A stretch of DNA of 64,000 nt from Octopus sinensis (taxonomy: Eukaryota). The notes beneath the pieces were generated by a model, which searched no databases, had not been told where the DNA came from, and worked only from the letters and a program-made list of their open reading frames with translations. The position numbers and the translations under genes were made by a program. Positions within the stretch are counted from its first letter, which is position 1, and every line of letters starts with the position of its first letter. The stretch is taken from positions 96,348,001 through 96,412,000 of the forward strand of contig NC_042997.1 of NCBI RefSeq assembly GCF_006345805.1, in the 5' to 3' direction. Positions 37,333 to 50,379 of this stretch are shown here, piece after piece.

Positions 37333-38663
37333 TAGGGTGTGTCAATTTTAATAACTTTAAAAAAATTTAATTTAGTAGTGAAATTATTGTACCATTTTAC
37401 TCCCAGACTTAGGATATATATATATATATACAAAAATGGATTAACATAACTCTAACCTACATCAATTTTATCCTGAAGATTTATATGAAAAACTGATTAG
37501 ACTCAAAATATCACTCTTATATTATCTTTCAATCGGGTAAATGAATCTTACATTATATTTTAATTGGTTAAATGAATTGGTTAAATGATTTTTTACTATT
37601 TTCAGATATTCACAAGATGTTAACGCTGAAGACTAGAGGCCAGATGTCATCCCACTTGAGCCTATTAATTGGCACAGGACAAGACAAGAACTTCCTGTAT
37701 CAGAGCTTCCAATAGTAAGAAACATTTTAAGACTTGGGTTACTACTTCGGGAACAAAATTCCAAGAACAAGAGGAACTATACAGATAAGGAACTCATACA
37801 TGATATAATACCCTATCTTCTGCGCCAGTGGACAAACGCTAATTCACAACTCAAACCGCTAGCAATCATATAGTGTCGAAAAATTGAGCTAAAACTAATG
37901 GGATTGTGGCGGAAAGCAGTACACAGATCACTTGGTAAAGGAAACTTGGCAATGTAAAATTGTTTTTCTACACTCACTTGTTATAGTGTTCGATACGCTG
38001 TATCGAGCTACAAGTGTTCCATAATATTGTGTTCAAAAGAAGATTGTTCTCCCACTGGTAAAAGAGGAAATTATTCCCGCATTGACTGTTGTTGCCCTCG
38101 TGAAAAGAGAAATACCTTTTCTAGAGCTAGATTACTATCAAGCTGTTTGGGTTGGTTGATTTGTGTTCTGAGGCCTTGAAACCACCATTGACTACATACT
38201 TAACTAGTAGGAATCTCACAAGTTTTAAAGACACACCAATGATAGTACCAAAATGGCCGGCCATCACACACCCAAAGTGTTGAGAAGCGTGTTACAATGG
38301 TCACTGAAGCTGCGAGTCACGCGAAGTGAGAGGGTTACATCAAACCACGAGCAGTCAGTCGGCAACTGATGAAAAGGAGCAACAGCAAGAAGGATGTGAA
38401 GGCTTTGCTTACTTTTAAATAGTGTATTGGAATATATTCTTGTATATACAAAACTTCAAACAGAAAGATGCTAGTGAAAACCAATTATGTTCAAAATTGT
38501 CAAAACATATAAATTTCAAAGTCATACTGATGTAGTTAAGAATTATTTAAAATTGCTTTCCTTTCCAGAATTATACTTTATATGCTAAAGGGCAACGACA
38601 AATCACTACCAGAATTAAAGTTTATGAAATTTCCTATTTACTCCCCAAAATTGATACATACTA
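37333..38663 (+). mobile_element. Internally deleted DNA transposon, hAT-like (hATm-type, tentative)
   Basis: Imperfect TIRs TAGGGTGTGTCAATTTT / rc TAGTATGTATCAATTTT; N-terminal relic ELPIVRNIL..KRNY..W..AN..KL..LW.KA and KCSIILC..C.CPREK joined directly to a C-terminal relic L.PPLT...HTQSVEKRV.MVTEA...SRQLM. Confidence 0.6.
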
Positions 38664-38819
38664 TAATAATAGTTCATTTCCATTGACCTTCAAACCTACA
38701 CACAGACACACAAAAACGCACATGCACACACATACAAACATACACTCAGAGTGTGAGTGAGAGAGACAATATTATCTATCTCGCGTCGATAAACAACTTT
38801 CACTGTTAAATTACTCCCT

Positions 38820-38839
38820 TCTTTCCCTCTTTCCCTCTT

Positions 38840-38899
<60 letters not shown>

Positions 38900-38900
38900 C
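38820..38900. repeat. (CT)n microsatellite
   Basis: Seen directly. Confidence 0.95.
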
Positions 38901-39289
38901 CTGCTTGTAAGTTTATCCTACCCATCGAATTATCTTATGTTTTGCCACCAAAATTTTCTTTGCTTCACATCGATCTTTCTAATAATTTCTGATAACTGAT
39001 ATTGATACCTGTGGCCTAAACAAATCTGTCAAACATTTGATATTTATTTTTGTCATTATTTCATTTTATCCCATCATTCATAAACTTTATTCGTACATAA
39101 CTCCAAATTCACGCACCATCTCATTCTTTCTCTCTTTCTTTCTTTTTTTCTTTCTTTTCCTTTCTTTCTTATTTTCTCCCCACCTCTCTCGCTCTCTCTT
39201 ATTTACACACCCAAACACGTATTTATATATCTATCTTCTCCGTTTATAGACACCTTAACCCTTATTACTTCCGCCTTCACTAGGGTAGA

Positions 39290-39600
39290 GGTATTATTTT
39301 CAGTCGTGTTCCTTTGTTTGTCCGTGGAGAAGATATCTCAAGAACCGCTGAATGGATTCGAATGAAACTTTTAGGGACATTTGGCCTCGTGACTGGCATG
39401 AATTGATTAGATTGTGGGATTGATCTAGTACCGGAGAAGGATTCTGAATTATTTTTCCTGTTTATTTCACTTTTTTGAGTTTTGAGAGCGATCGGTTCAT
39501 TTTTAGTATTCTCGTTTGTGAGCGCCGTCGAGTTTATTTCAGATATTTTTATTTTAAAAATCATCTCCGGCTAATTGTTGAGAGGACGTTAGTGTTGTGT
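39290..39600 (+). mobile_element. Non-autonomous DINE/HINE-like repeat
   Basis: gtttgtccgtgg.gaagatatctcaagaaccgctgaatggattcgaatgaaacttt core. Confidence 0.55.
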
Positions 39601-39779
39601 TGAGTCATTTGATTCCCTTTGTATTTGATGTGTGTCCGCTCCATGTGAGTTTTGTTATTGTTAAATTGTTGAAGGTCTACCACACCTAAATTGTTATATT
39701 ACTGAATCGTTAAATTTGTTACCTGTGAATTTTTATTTCTCTTCCCCATTTATAGGTGAAGTTGTGAATAACGACATTA

Positions 39780-41190
39780 TGGAAAGTCAAACAGTTCCAG
39801 CAGGCAGTTACGCTGCAGTAACTGGGAAAAGTCAAACCGTAGATGTCCTGAAAGTGAGAGAAATTCGACTGAACGACACGAATTTCAAGAAGTACAACAA
39901 ATTGTTAAGAAAGGAAGGAGACAGCCTGAGGCTGACGCCGCCTTAGGAAATTACTGAAAGAACTGAAAAGAGGACTGTAATATACAGAACGCTGTCCCTT
40001 GCTACAAAAAGAGTGGAAATAGCTGCAGTAGAGGCAGTCGAGGAATGCTGAAGGAAATCAAAAGTCTAACTACGTACTACACCAGAGGTAAAAAATACGG
40101 TACAGTTGAGGTACACTTCGCGAGTGATCAAGAAGCGATAAAACACTCCACTGTGCCTTTGAGATCAAATGAGTGGGTACTACTATCAACCTACCGCGGT
40201 AAACGTACGGCCAGAGTGAGGATTGGTAGAGTGCCCCCAGAAATTGACGAGGGGTGGCAGCCATCATCTGTAATACAGAAGAGGAAACCAAAATACTGAA
40301 AATCACAAGAACTACGGAGGCAAACTGAGTGGATACGATGTCGGTTCACACCAGTTTACCAGACCTCCACAAAATTGCAGAGGAATTGGTGCTCCCAGAC
40401 GAGACGAAGCTGAGAGTTGTAGTGGAAGGAAGACCTCCCATATGCTATTAATGTGGAGTACGGGGAGACATGAAAGTTAAGTGCCCTCAGAAACACGAAG
40501 AGAAGGTGATGGAGATGGAACAGCAAGAATACGCAGACGTGCAATGTATAGAGGAGCAGAGGCCAGTAGAAAATGTGGAAGAAAGATATAAAGTGATGAA
40601 GAGAAAGAAAAGACAAGAAAACGCGGACTCACCACCAAAGAGTCCCACGGAGACGAGAAAAGGAAGTGTAGAGGAGAGTGTTACCAAAAGGAGGAGAAGC
40701 GAACGAACAGAAAAGAAACGAGATATCAGCAAAATTAAGTGAGGGAGACGAAGAGAGAAAACAGAGAGCGATACCAGCAATTAACACGGAGGAGAAAGTA
40801 AAAGGACAGGGAAAAAGAAAGATAGAAGAGAAATGACAACAACATCGAGTGAAAGACAAGCAGAGAAGAAAGAGATGGAAATACCAACAACAGCAGAAGA
40901 GATTAGTGAAGGAAATTAGAAACACTGAAAGGAAAACAATTAAAACAATGACACAGTACAGGAAAATGTAAAAATTGGAAAAAAGATAACGAAAATGAAA
41001 AATGTAATTAGGATGAAGTTGGCGCCCAGGGAGTGCAATGAAGGAATTAATGCAGTCTTGCTTGTAAAAGAGAAGTGTGAAAGGTTGTAGGAACATCCCG
41101 GGGAAATGACAGAGATATTACCGTTGCAGTTTCGATTCAATGAGTTGCCACCGGTGGTGGTATTTGATGACATAGTGGAATATCTAATAT
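39780..41190 (+). pseudogene. L1/Tx1-type ORF1 relic, copy 2; no ORF2 seen
   Basis: MESQTVPAGSYAAVTG, GDSLRLTPP, RGKKYGTVEVHFASDQEA, RVRIGRVPPEID, VVVEGRPPICY*CGVRGDMKVKCP, then a long charged tail. Confidence 0.78.
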
Positions 41191-41259
41191 AAAGGAACGT
41201 AAGTTTAAAAGTTTGAAATAAGGACTTTATTTTAATGATGGAAGAAAAGAAGAATAATG

Positions 41260-41375
41260 TACTGTGTGATACATAAACAGTAAAATGGAATTGCCCGCTT
41301 GTGGGGGTCAGATAAGTAATTTCATCTCATTTATTCATAATTTCATTCGTTATATGTTTTATGTATCACACTGTA
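41260..41375. mobile_element. 116-bp MITE with Tc1-like TIRs
   Basis: tactgtgtgatacataaa / tttatgtatcacactgta (17 of 18 match), TA at both ends. Confidence 0.7.
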
Positions 41376-41669
41376 TAGTTTTGTCTGTATTTGTAATGTC
41401 CCATCTTTATACGAGGCCTTGTGCCTAATAAAAGAAATCAGGACGTTGGTGTCGTAGACTAACAACTGGTTTGAGTTTAGTCATTTTTGACAACGGTTTT
41501 GGATTGCCGTTACATGTTCAAGGCTTTCTCTTCAAGATCGTCCGTTGTTGAGATTATTGTTAAGTATTATTGTTGAGCGACTCGCAAGTGATTGTTTTTT
41601 GGGGGTTTTTTTGGCTGTTTTCTCCCCATTGTGGGGCTGAAAAGTTGTTTTATTCATTATGGAGAACTA

Positions 41670-42950
41670 TGCAAAGGCCGCTGAAAGCGAAAGAGATAAC
41701 AATGAATATAGAAGAGATAATAAGAAGTGAACAGTTTGTGCAAATGCAAGGAGACGCAATAAAGCTGGTCCCTCCAGAAGATCATCAAGGATAAGAGTGA
41801 TAGGATGGTGGTGTACCGCACTCAAGCGGTCGCCACCAAAAAATTGAAATCCTATCAGAAGACGACGTGGAGAAATGTTTGGAACCCCTGATGAAAACAG
41901 CAACTTTAGTTAGGTGAGGAAAGAAATATGGTATGGTGGAGGTGAGGTTTGCCACAAAAGAATAGATGGCCTCACATTTCACCACTATTTTACGCATTGA
42001 AAAGGTGACGCTGCTGCCCACGTATAGGCGCAGGTGAAGTTTTTGCATTTGCATTGGAAGGGTGCCCCCAGAAATAAAGACTGAGTGGTTGGTAGAAGCT
42101 GTTATGGGTACCACCGAGGAGAATTCCGAATTAGGATCAGTGGAAAAAACGAGTATGCTAAAATGCGGCACCGATATGTGGATTTTTGTCACTTTCGAAG
42201 ACATTCAAAGGATCCCCTACCAGACAAATTCCGGGAGAGAGCTCCCTCAAAGTGATTGTAGAGGGACGCCGATCAAAGTGTTACGAATGTGGAGTGATAG
42301 GCTACATGAAGACGCAGTACCCCAAGCACAAACCTCCTCAGAGTGGGAAGGGACCAAGAAGTAGAGACTGGAGTACCAACCGAAGCAATAAAAGACGGAA
42401 ACATTAAAAGCGATATGGACTCCGTATCCAGGGATACGGAAGAGATGGAGCCGAAGAAAGACAGAACGAAGGCAGCAGATGAGGAGAGTGGAGGATTTGT
42501 CAGCTTCAAAAGGAGGAAGAAGGCGAAATCAAGAGAACACTCGAAAAGACCAGCAGCAGAAACAGCTAGGACGACCAAAGAAGGTAGTGAGCCGCCTATA
42601 TTGAGGCATACGCAGACAGTAAAGACGGAACCAAGAGAGAGAGGGAGAGAGAGAATCGTTGGAGGAGAATGCACAGCACGGTTTTAGAAATGAGGCTTTC
42701 ACAGTCTATTACTAAAATAATCTAGATGTAGAAAGGAGAATTTCCAAGTGGAAGGGATTAGTAAGTGTGAAGCTCCTCGTGGAGGATTTCAAGGAGGAGG
42801 AAAGATGTGTACTATTGAATGTCGATAGATACGGCACGTTCAGAAAATCATATATAAGGTATATAACTTCATTTGACGGGCCGGTGTGGTTTCATGCCCT
42901 ACCACCCGTAATTGAACATAGAGAGTTGAAAAAGTTTAAGAAAACGCTCT
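41670..42950 (+). pseudogene. L1/Tx1-type ORF1 relic, copy 3; no ORF2 seen
   Basis: GDAIKLVPP, GKKYGMVEVRFAT, IGRVPPEIKTEWL, VIVEGRRSKCYECGVIGYMK, charged tail. Confidence 0.75.
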
Positions 42951-42984
42951 GAGAGATTTAGAAATGCAATATTTCTAACTTCAC

Positions 42985-43015
<31 letters not shown>

Positions 43016-43042
43016 TACGTATGTGTGTATACATATGCATAT

Positions 43043-43118
<76 letters not shown>

Positions 43119-43495
43119 ATGTTACCGTTAAGTGGTTAACTCTAGTGCTAGAAATAGCTCTTGGTGTTAAACTGATGGTATTATTAAATTAATATCTAAT
43201 TTTTCACCCTCATTTATGAATTTATATATATATATGTATATATATACATACACACACATACATTCGTGGCTCTGTATTTGTTTGCGTCTGTATGCTTAAA
43301 GTTTGATACATCCTTAGTTGGATACAAGTATGTATCTGGATAATTATATATGTATATACGTTTTTGTATGTATATATAATTTAATTTATATTAATTCATA
43401 TAATATTTATATTTCATGCTTTTTATAAGTACGTAGACGGATCATTTTTTAAGGCTGTTAAACCGAAGTACTATTTGCAGAATAACGAGGAGGCA

Positions 43496-43537
<42 letters not shown>

Positions 43538-43569
43538 TATATATATGTATATCATATTATATATTATAT

Positions 43570-43601
<32 letters not shown>

Positions 43602-43682
43602 TGTATGTATGTATGAATGTATGTGTGTGTATATATATATCATATTATATTATATTATATTATATGTATGTATGTATGTATA

Positions 43683-45030
43683 TAGGAAAATTTGTTTTGA
43701 AAATGCACCTAAATTTGAAAAACATGTTATTAAATAAATTGTAATTAATTTTAAATAAATTTATTTACATACTTACCAGGCTAGTTTCAACAATATTTTT
43801 TGTTATCAATAGTAAAAATTTTAAATTATGAATTAGAAAAACATGTTTAATATTTTAAATGTTTACAAGTTTCAATAAAATCAAATCTGATTTACATGTA
43901 CATAACATTCAATGATATAAAAATGTGGATAATCTTGTTTAAATGCACAAAATTCAATAGTGTTAGAAGTGATCAATAAGAAATGTGGATCAGTAAAGTT
44001 TCGGTCATACCGAGTTAAGATGGAGAAAACAAGGGAGAAATGAAGATAGTGAAAAAAAAGGGTTTTGCTTACAGTTTCTGTGATTCTTTTTCCAGTCGTG
44101 TGGAGGGACTTTCGCTTGTGACGGCGTTTTTTTTAATCCAGTGTAGTTATAATTTTTTTCCGAGAACGGATCTGATTTTCGATTCTTTAAAGTACTAGTA
44201 ACGACTTATTTCTCTGGTAGTCAAGTTTGTAATTCTACCTGGTTGGTTTCCCAGTGAGGAACGAATGGTCATCAGCCGTTGAGTCCCTTAAAGTGTCATT
44301 TATTGTATTTGTTGAAGTTCGGTTTTGAGCAGAGATAAAATTTCATTGGTCTAAAGTTAGGTTACATCAGCAACTGGTGTTTATAAAATTGCATTGGTCA
44401 AGTGTTAGGTGAAGTTAGTAACTATTGTTTGTATGGTGTTAGTGTATGGTGATTTCGAGTTGCGATTTGGAAACTCGCGAGGAAGACTGTTGCTCAAGTA
44501 TTTTTAATTATGTCTGTTGTATCTGGTTATTTTTCTGTGGTGTAAGACTGTTACTAAAGTTTTTTTTAATTATGTTTGTTTTGCATGGTTGTGTTTTGTG
44601 GAGAGATTGAGTCTTCTTTCCTTTTTACCGTTAGTATATTTTCTTCTTTCTAAAGGATATTCAGCTGTGGTTTATATTTTTTAAATGTTTATGCTTTCTC
44701 TATTTAAACGGAATTGGATTGAAGTGTTTCCAGTGCATTGATAGAAAGGGAAGATTTGGTATTTCGGGTTTATGTCTAGGTGTTTGCTTACGGAAATTTT
44801 TCTGGTCGTAGGGTCCCGGATTTTTGCCTGTGCAACATTAGACTGTCCCTGAAGGTTAAGCTCGTTTGACCTATGTAATCTTCACCACATCCTCCACATT
44901 TGAGAACATAGATTGAGTTGTTCGAAGCACAGGTGAAGGGATTTTTTATGGTAAAAGTTTGACCTGACTTAGATTTTTCAAGTGTAGATGATCCCAATGG
45001 AGGAGATGAAGAGTAAACTATAATCAAAAT
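43683..45030 (-). mobile_element. PLE 3' fragment: GIY-YIG endonuclease (44640-45030) plus 3' tail/pseudo-LTR
   Basis: FTIKNPFTCASNNSIYVLKCGGCGEDYIGQT..LHRQ, IFPFYQ, KPQLN; tail ends about 90 nt after a CTG/GTAAGT donor and abuts microsatellite. Confidence 0.82.
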
Positions 45031-47455
45031 AATAAGACAAAGAAATACTTTAACACATATTTAATTATTCGTTACAATTGTTTCTGTACCGCCAGTTTAC
45101 GCAAAATATCGGAGTTATATTGGCAGTTCATCAGACTTGCATCAAATGTGCGTTCTTACATTGTGCGTCTTCCGGGATCTCTGGAAAACGCACCGTATAA
45201 GAGAGCACTTATTTGGATATTATTCTGGAATCCGACAGGGTTGACAGCCCAGTACGCGGGTTGAGTAGTTCTCTGGAAATACCTTATCTTTATACGCTAC
45301 CAGGGTGTGTATGTATGTTTGCGTGTTTATATATATATATATATATATATACACATGTACATATATATACATATACACATATACTTGTATATATACATAT
45401 ACAAATATGTGTGGGGGGGAGTTTATACAGTTTTAATATATGTTTTATATATTTTATAAGTGAAAGTGTACTGCGTTTGTCGACCGGTATTGCTTTCGCT
45501 AATCATGGCATTGAAATTATTGTAATTTCTTATTTTCTTAAGAAGATATTAATCCATGTTGTGTGTGGAATAGTTTGTGAATGAATGATTCAACGAGTAG
45601 AAAAATCGTTATATTGGGAACAGGTGATCGTTATAACTGGGGACAGGGGAAGTAATTGCTCATCATTCAGGGAGGGGATAAACAAATATATATACAAAAA
45701 CTCAAACTCTAATATAGTGAGATGAAATATGTACAGAGATGGGTATGTGATCATGAAAAAAATATAACCTGGGACCAAAGTTGTTTATATGTTCACATTT
45801 AGGTGTGTTCTGTAGTTTTTCGATGAATACATTTTCTTGTACAGAAATTGTTTCTTTACACTAGTAGATGGGAAAAACAATGAACTTTGGTTGGATATTA
45901 CCTATACATCTCTCTATGTGTTCACTCAAAGGAATGTGTCTACAATGTGGAAACGTGATCTGTTCCTTATGTAATGTTGTTCTCTGTCCCAGTGTTATAT
46001 TTGGCTGGCCTTTATAATTATATCCACAACCTGAACAAGGAATGATATAAATTAGATTCTAGGAAGCACAAGTAAAGCTAGTTTTAATTGTGAACCTCAC
46101 TTCTTGTTTGCATAGTAATTTCAACCCTTCCAGTGGGTGGGGGCATATTCCACAGTTTCAGCGTCCACATTTTTTAACTGTTGGTTTCATGGTCGTTGTG
46201 TAAATCTTTGCATTTGTTGGATGTATTTCCAGTGATTTGTGCTGCTTTTTGCATTTGATGAATTTATGTTTTCTAAATGTTGTTAATTTTTGGTAGATTT
46301 TGTACAATAGTTTTCTATGCGTCATTGTTTCTAGTGTTTTGAGACAATATGTGGTGTTAAGTTTTGTTTCTCTTAGTGTTTTAATGCCTAATTTCTTAGC
46401 ATGCTTAATTCTATCGTCTATAAGTGTGAGTGGATATTGTCTTTCAGTTAGTGTAGATCTGAGGTCTAGAAGACGCAAGTCCCAAGTTTCCATCAGATAC
46501 TATTGTGCAAATCCTTTTTGCTAATCTAAAGGGTATATTTCTTTTGATGCTTTGCCATGAGCTAAATAGGAAATATTGCTTCGAGTTCGTTGATTTATGA
46601 GAAATGCCTGTTACAATTTGGTTGTTGATGTTTTTCAATCATAATATCTAAGAAACGGAGCTGTTCTTTGCTATATTCCATTGTAAATTGAATGTTAGAG
46701 TTTATATTATTTAGTATTAATTTAAATTCCAAAAGTTTATCAATTGTCTCCTTCCAAATAACAAAGCAGTTACCCAGATATCTTTATATTTTTTCCATTT
46801 CTCTCTTGTATAATGGTGAAATTGATATCAATATTTTTGCAGTGACACTTCATATATGGTGAATTCAAAATACCCTATTATTAGGTTCGTAAGATCAAGG
46901 GCTGCTTCTATTCCCATCGCTATTCTGCATTTTTACGATAGTAAATGTCATCAAATAGGAAACAATTCTTCTGAAGTATAAATTTTAAAGTTTCAATTGT
47001 AAAATCTGGTATAGGAATTGAAGTACTTTGGAGTACATTTCTAACCAGAATTTTATTACTTCTATTCCATAGCCATGTGGGATGTTGGTGTAAAGTTTAA
47101 TAACCTCGTTGGTATAAAATATCAGGGGTCTTAATTATGATTGAGAATCTGGGGGTACTGTATAGGTTGAAATTCTGTAGGTCGAGTTTCTTCGATGAGG
47201 GATAGAAGTCCCTTGGATATTTCTAGTTGCTGGGGAGAAATAATTATTCCTAACACTAGTTTGGATTCTTTTCGTATTTCTTTTTATTCCTAGATTGACA
47301 GCAGTTTACTTCCAAGTGAGGAGTTAGTTTTGTGTGTTTGTGTTCTTTTAGATGTTTACAGTTTGATCTACTTGGATGTATATTTACTTCTGTAGATGCA
47401 TTTGTTCTACATTTTATCAGAAAGGGGTTATCTGAATTGTAGTCTCATTTAAACT
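45030..47455 (-). mobile_element. Second PLE family: decayed RT, thumb and GIY-YIG (45770-47455) followed by a hammerhead-bearing pseudo-LTR
   Basis: LYTNIPHGYG, AMG, GYFE, NIPFRLAKRIC, RQYP, CGR*NCGICP, FTIKTSFTCAS*NLIYIIPCSGCG, LSEHIERC. Confidence 0.85.
45070..45137 (-). ncRNA. Type I hammerhead candidate in a PLE pseudo-LTR
   Basis: Minus strand: AGT CTGATGA ACTGCCA...TGGCGGT ACA GAAA CAATTG TA ACG; palindrome ACAATTGT; stem I only 2 bp and 3 extra nt before GAAA. Confidence 0.6.
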
Positions 47456-47556
47456 GAGTTTCGTAAGAATGAAATTTTGTTACTACATACGTATATATAT
47501 ATACATCCACATCCATATACACGTACATATGTTCGCGTGTGTGTGTGTGTGTTTAC

Positions 47557-47607
<51 letters not shown>

Positions 47608-47614
47608 TTTGTGT

Positions 47615-47949
47615 GAAGGCACCTGGCTAAATGGTTAGAGCGTCGAGCTTACGATCGTGAGGTTGTGAGTTCCAATCCCGGACCGGGCTGCGTGTTGTGT
47701 TCTTGAGCAAGAAACTTTATTTCACGTTGCTCCAGTTCACTCAGCTGTAGAACTGAGTTGTGACGTCACAGGTGCCAAGCTGTTCGGCCCCTTTGCCTTG
47801 CCCTTGGATAACACTGGTGGCATGAAGAGGGGAGGCCGGTATGCACGGGCGACTGCTGATCTTCCGTAAACAACCTTGCCTGGCCTTGTGCCTGGGATGG
47901 TAACTTTCTAGGTGCAATCCCACAGTCAGTCGTGGCCGAAGGGGGTCTC
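47615..47949 (+). mobile_element. Full-length tRNA-headed SINE family E (CORE-like central domain, tentative)
   Basis: tggctaaatggttagagc...gtgagttccaatccc head, then ttcttgagcaagaaactttatttcac. Confidence 0.8.
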
Positions 47950-47985
47950 AATATATATATATATACATACATATATATATATTTA

Positions 47986-48019
<34 letters not shown>

Positions 48020-48251
48020 TATATATACATATATAAATTAGAAATGGAAACCAAAGCAATAAATTGAACAATTAAATAATTTAATCATTAAATGATAAAT
48101 TCCATTCAATTTAATTATTTCATACAAACAAATGACGCATCTCACTTCATTAATAAAACCAAGTTTTTCAAGAATAATAAAATCCCCTTTAAATATAATG
48201 AGGTTTCACCAGATCGACATATCTTCTTAAATAATTCACGAAAAATACAAA

Positions 48252-48635
48252 TAGCCATATTCAAATGGCATATATGCATCACGATGTGTTACCGCTACTG
48301 TTTATAACTCGCTCTGAGATTTATCATTGTTTGATTTCACTTTTTCAATATCAGTGTCAAATCGACACTAGAAAAAGTATATGTATTTGTGAAGGGATCT
48401 GACTTCTCATCGACAACCATGATTGTCACACGCTGATGAAAGGTAAACACCTTGAAACTCGGGTACGTGTGTATCATGTGTTGAAGACGGGGAGGATGAC
48501 TCCCCTTCACAAATACTGACAGGACACAGATAGTGTGTCTATAGCCAGCTGGAGGAGGTATCTTCTTGGGGCTACAAACTACAGTAGCATCCACCCTTAT
48601 GGGTTAGCCATATTCAAATGGCATATATGCATCAC
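48252..48635 (+). mobile_element. 353-bp-period non-coding hammerhead element with a 31-bp terminal direct repeat
   Basis: tagccatattcaaatggcatatatgcatcac at 48252-48282 and 48605-48635; right end abuts (TA)/(TG)n. Confidence 0.75.
48427..48471 (+). ncRNA. Compact canonical type I hammerhead ribozyme
   Basis: CACACG CTGATGA AAGGT-AAAC-ACCTT GAAA C-TCGG-G TA CGTGTG; 6-bp stem I, 5-bp stem II, predicted cut after A48465. Confidence 0.9.
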
Positions 48636-48639
48636 TATG

Positions 48640-48685
<46 letters not shown>

Positions 48686-48697
48686 TGTGTGCATGTG

Positions 48698-48743
<46 letters not shown>

Positions 48744-49214
48744 CCTTTAAATCCTTAAAAAAGTTTCAGCCCGAAAGCTGCGGTCATGCTGGGGCACACA
48801 CAACGACCTCGAACCGACAAGAGTAAAGAAGAGCGACAGAGACAGGCAGAAACAAGGTGAATGTCCCTTGTATTTGAATGCTATACAAATAATTTTTTAA
48901 AAAGTTTTCTTTTAATTTTTTCCAAAATTTAATTGTTTTCCATACCTACAGTTGAAAATGTCTCAATGACGGAAACCAGTACTGAAATGTTTTTTACAAA
49001 ATTATTTTAGCATTTTCTAACTTAACATTTACCCATATATATTTATATTTCACAATAATGACTTTTATTACTTCTATTCCTACCTCAGTTAATCTAATTG
49101 TATATACCTATCGTTACTTTTCATAAAAAGCTTTTACATTTTTTGATTGCCAATGTGTATTTTCGTTTATTTTTCTTCTTATTTCCCCACCCTATATATA
49201 TAATATATATATAT

Positions 49215-49254
<40 letters not shown>

Positions 49255-49683
49255 TATATAGATATATATATATAATATGTAGTATGTATGTATGTATGTA
49301 TGTATTATGTATATACATACACATAATATGCATACATATACAATTCACACGCACATGTATATATATTTATGGTAAAAAATTATTACATTAATTCAAATCT
49401 AAATAATAGAATTTATAATATAAATCCAACTTACAATATATTTAAGTAATAGTTTAGAGTAAATACAGGGAAGAAGCTATTTTTCTATATATAGAAACAA
49501 AACGAAAACGAAATTTCCATATTAAATACATACATACAACGAAAACAAATTAATAGAAATAGAAACGAAATGTCGCAAATACGAAAAGCGAGCCAAAACA
49601 AGTTAAACAAGATAAATACTATATATCTTCATGTATATCACTTTATGGGTTGCTATGTGGGTGCATTAGTACATATATATATA

Positions 49684-49734
<51 letters not shown>

Positions 49735-50064
49735 TTTATACACACAGACACACACATATATATATATATTATATATATATATATATATATACAGCCACAC
49801 TCATATACACATATACACACGCATATTCATACAAATATTTACAAATACATTAAGTTATAATTATTTAATTGTTCAAATTATTGTTTAACTTTCCACTTCT
49901 AATTGTATTTATATATTGATAAACTGTATGTCCATTTTATTTATTTACCTATTTGTTAAGACCAATAGTTCATAACATTGTTATTGACAGAAGTAGTAAA
50001 AACCGCTAAATTCTTTGGATATTCAATATCCCTTAGGTGGCTATTAAACAACTAGCAACATTGT

Positions 50065-50144
<80 letters not shown>

Positions 50145-50209
50145 AATTTAATATATAATATATATATATATATAGGTGGGCCATTAGAAATTCAAACGGA
50201 AGGCAAATT

Positions 50210-50379
50210 TATAAACAAGGACACAATATAGTTCCAGCATTGCTAGAAACAGGAGTCAAAAACGACTTAAAAAGGCTCCCTTTCGTCAACTTATTGGAGT
50301 TCGTGCTTTTTGCGGCTTTTGATTCTCTTTTGACTCTTGTTTCTAGCAATGTGAGTTCTATTTTTTACCCTTGTTTATA
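50210..50379. mobile_element. 170-bp MITE-like inverted-repeat element
   Basis: tataaacaagg/ccttgtttata termini and an inner cattgctagaaacaggagtcaaaa/ttttgactcttgtttctagcaatg pair. Confidence 0.7.

Noticed and set aside
39280-39564. 94-aa minus-strand ORF
   Set aside because: It is the antisense reading of a non-coding DINE-like repeat.
44225-44285. CTGATGA-CCA..TGG-GAAAC on the minus strand in the PLE tail
   Set aside because: Stem I does not form and the stem II closing pair is atypical.
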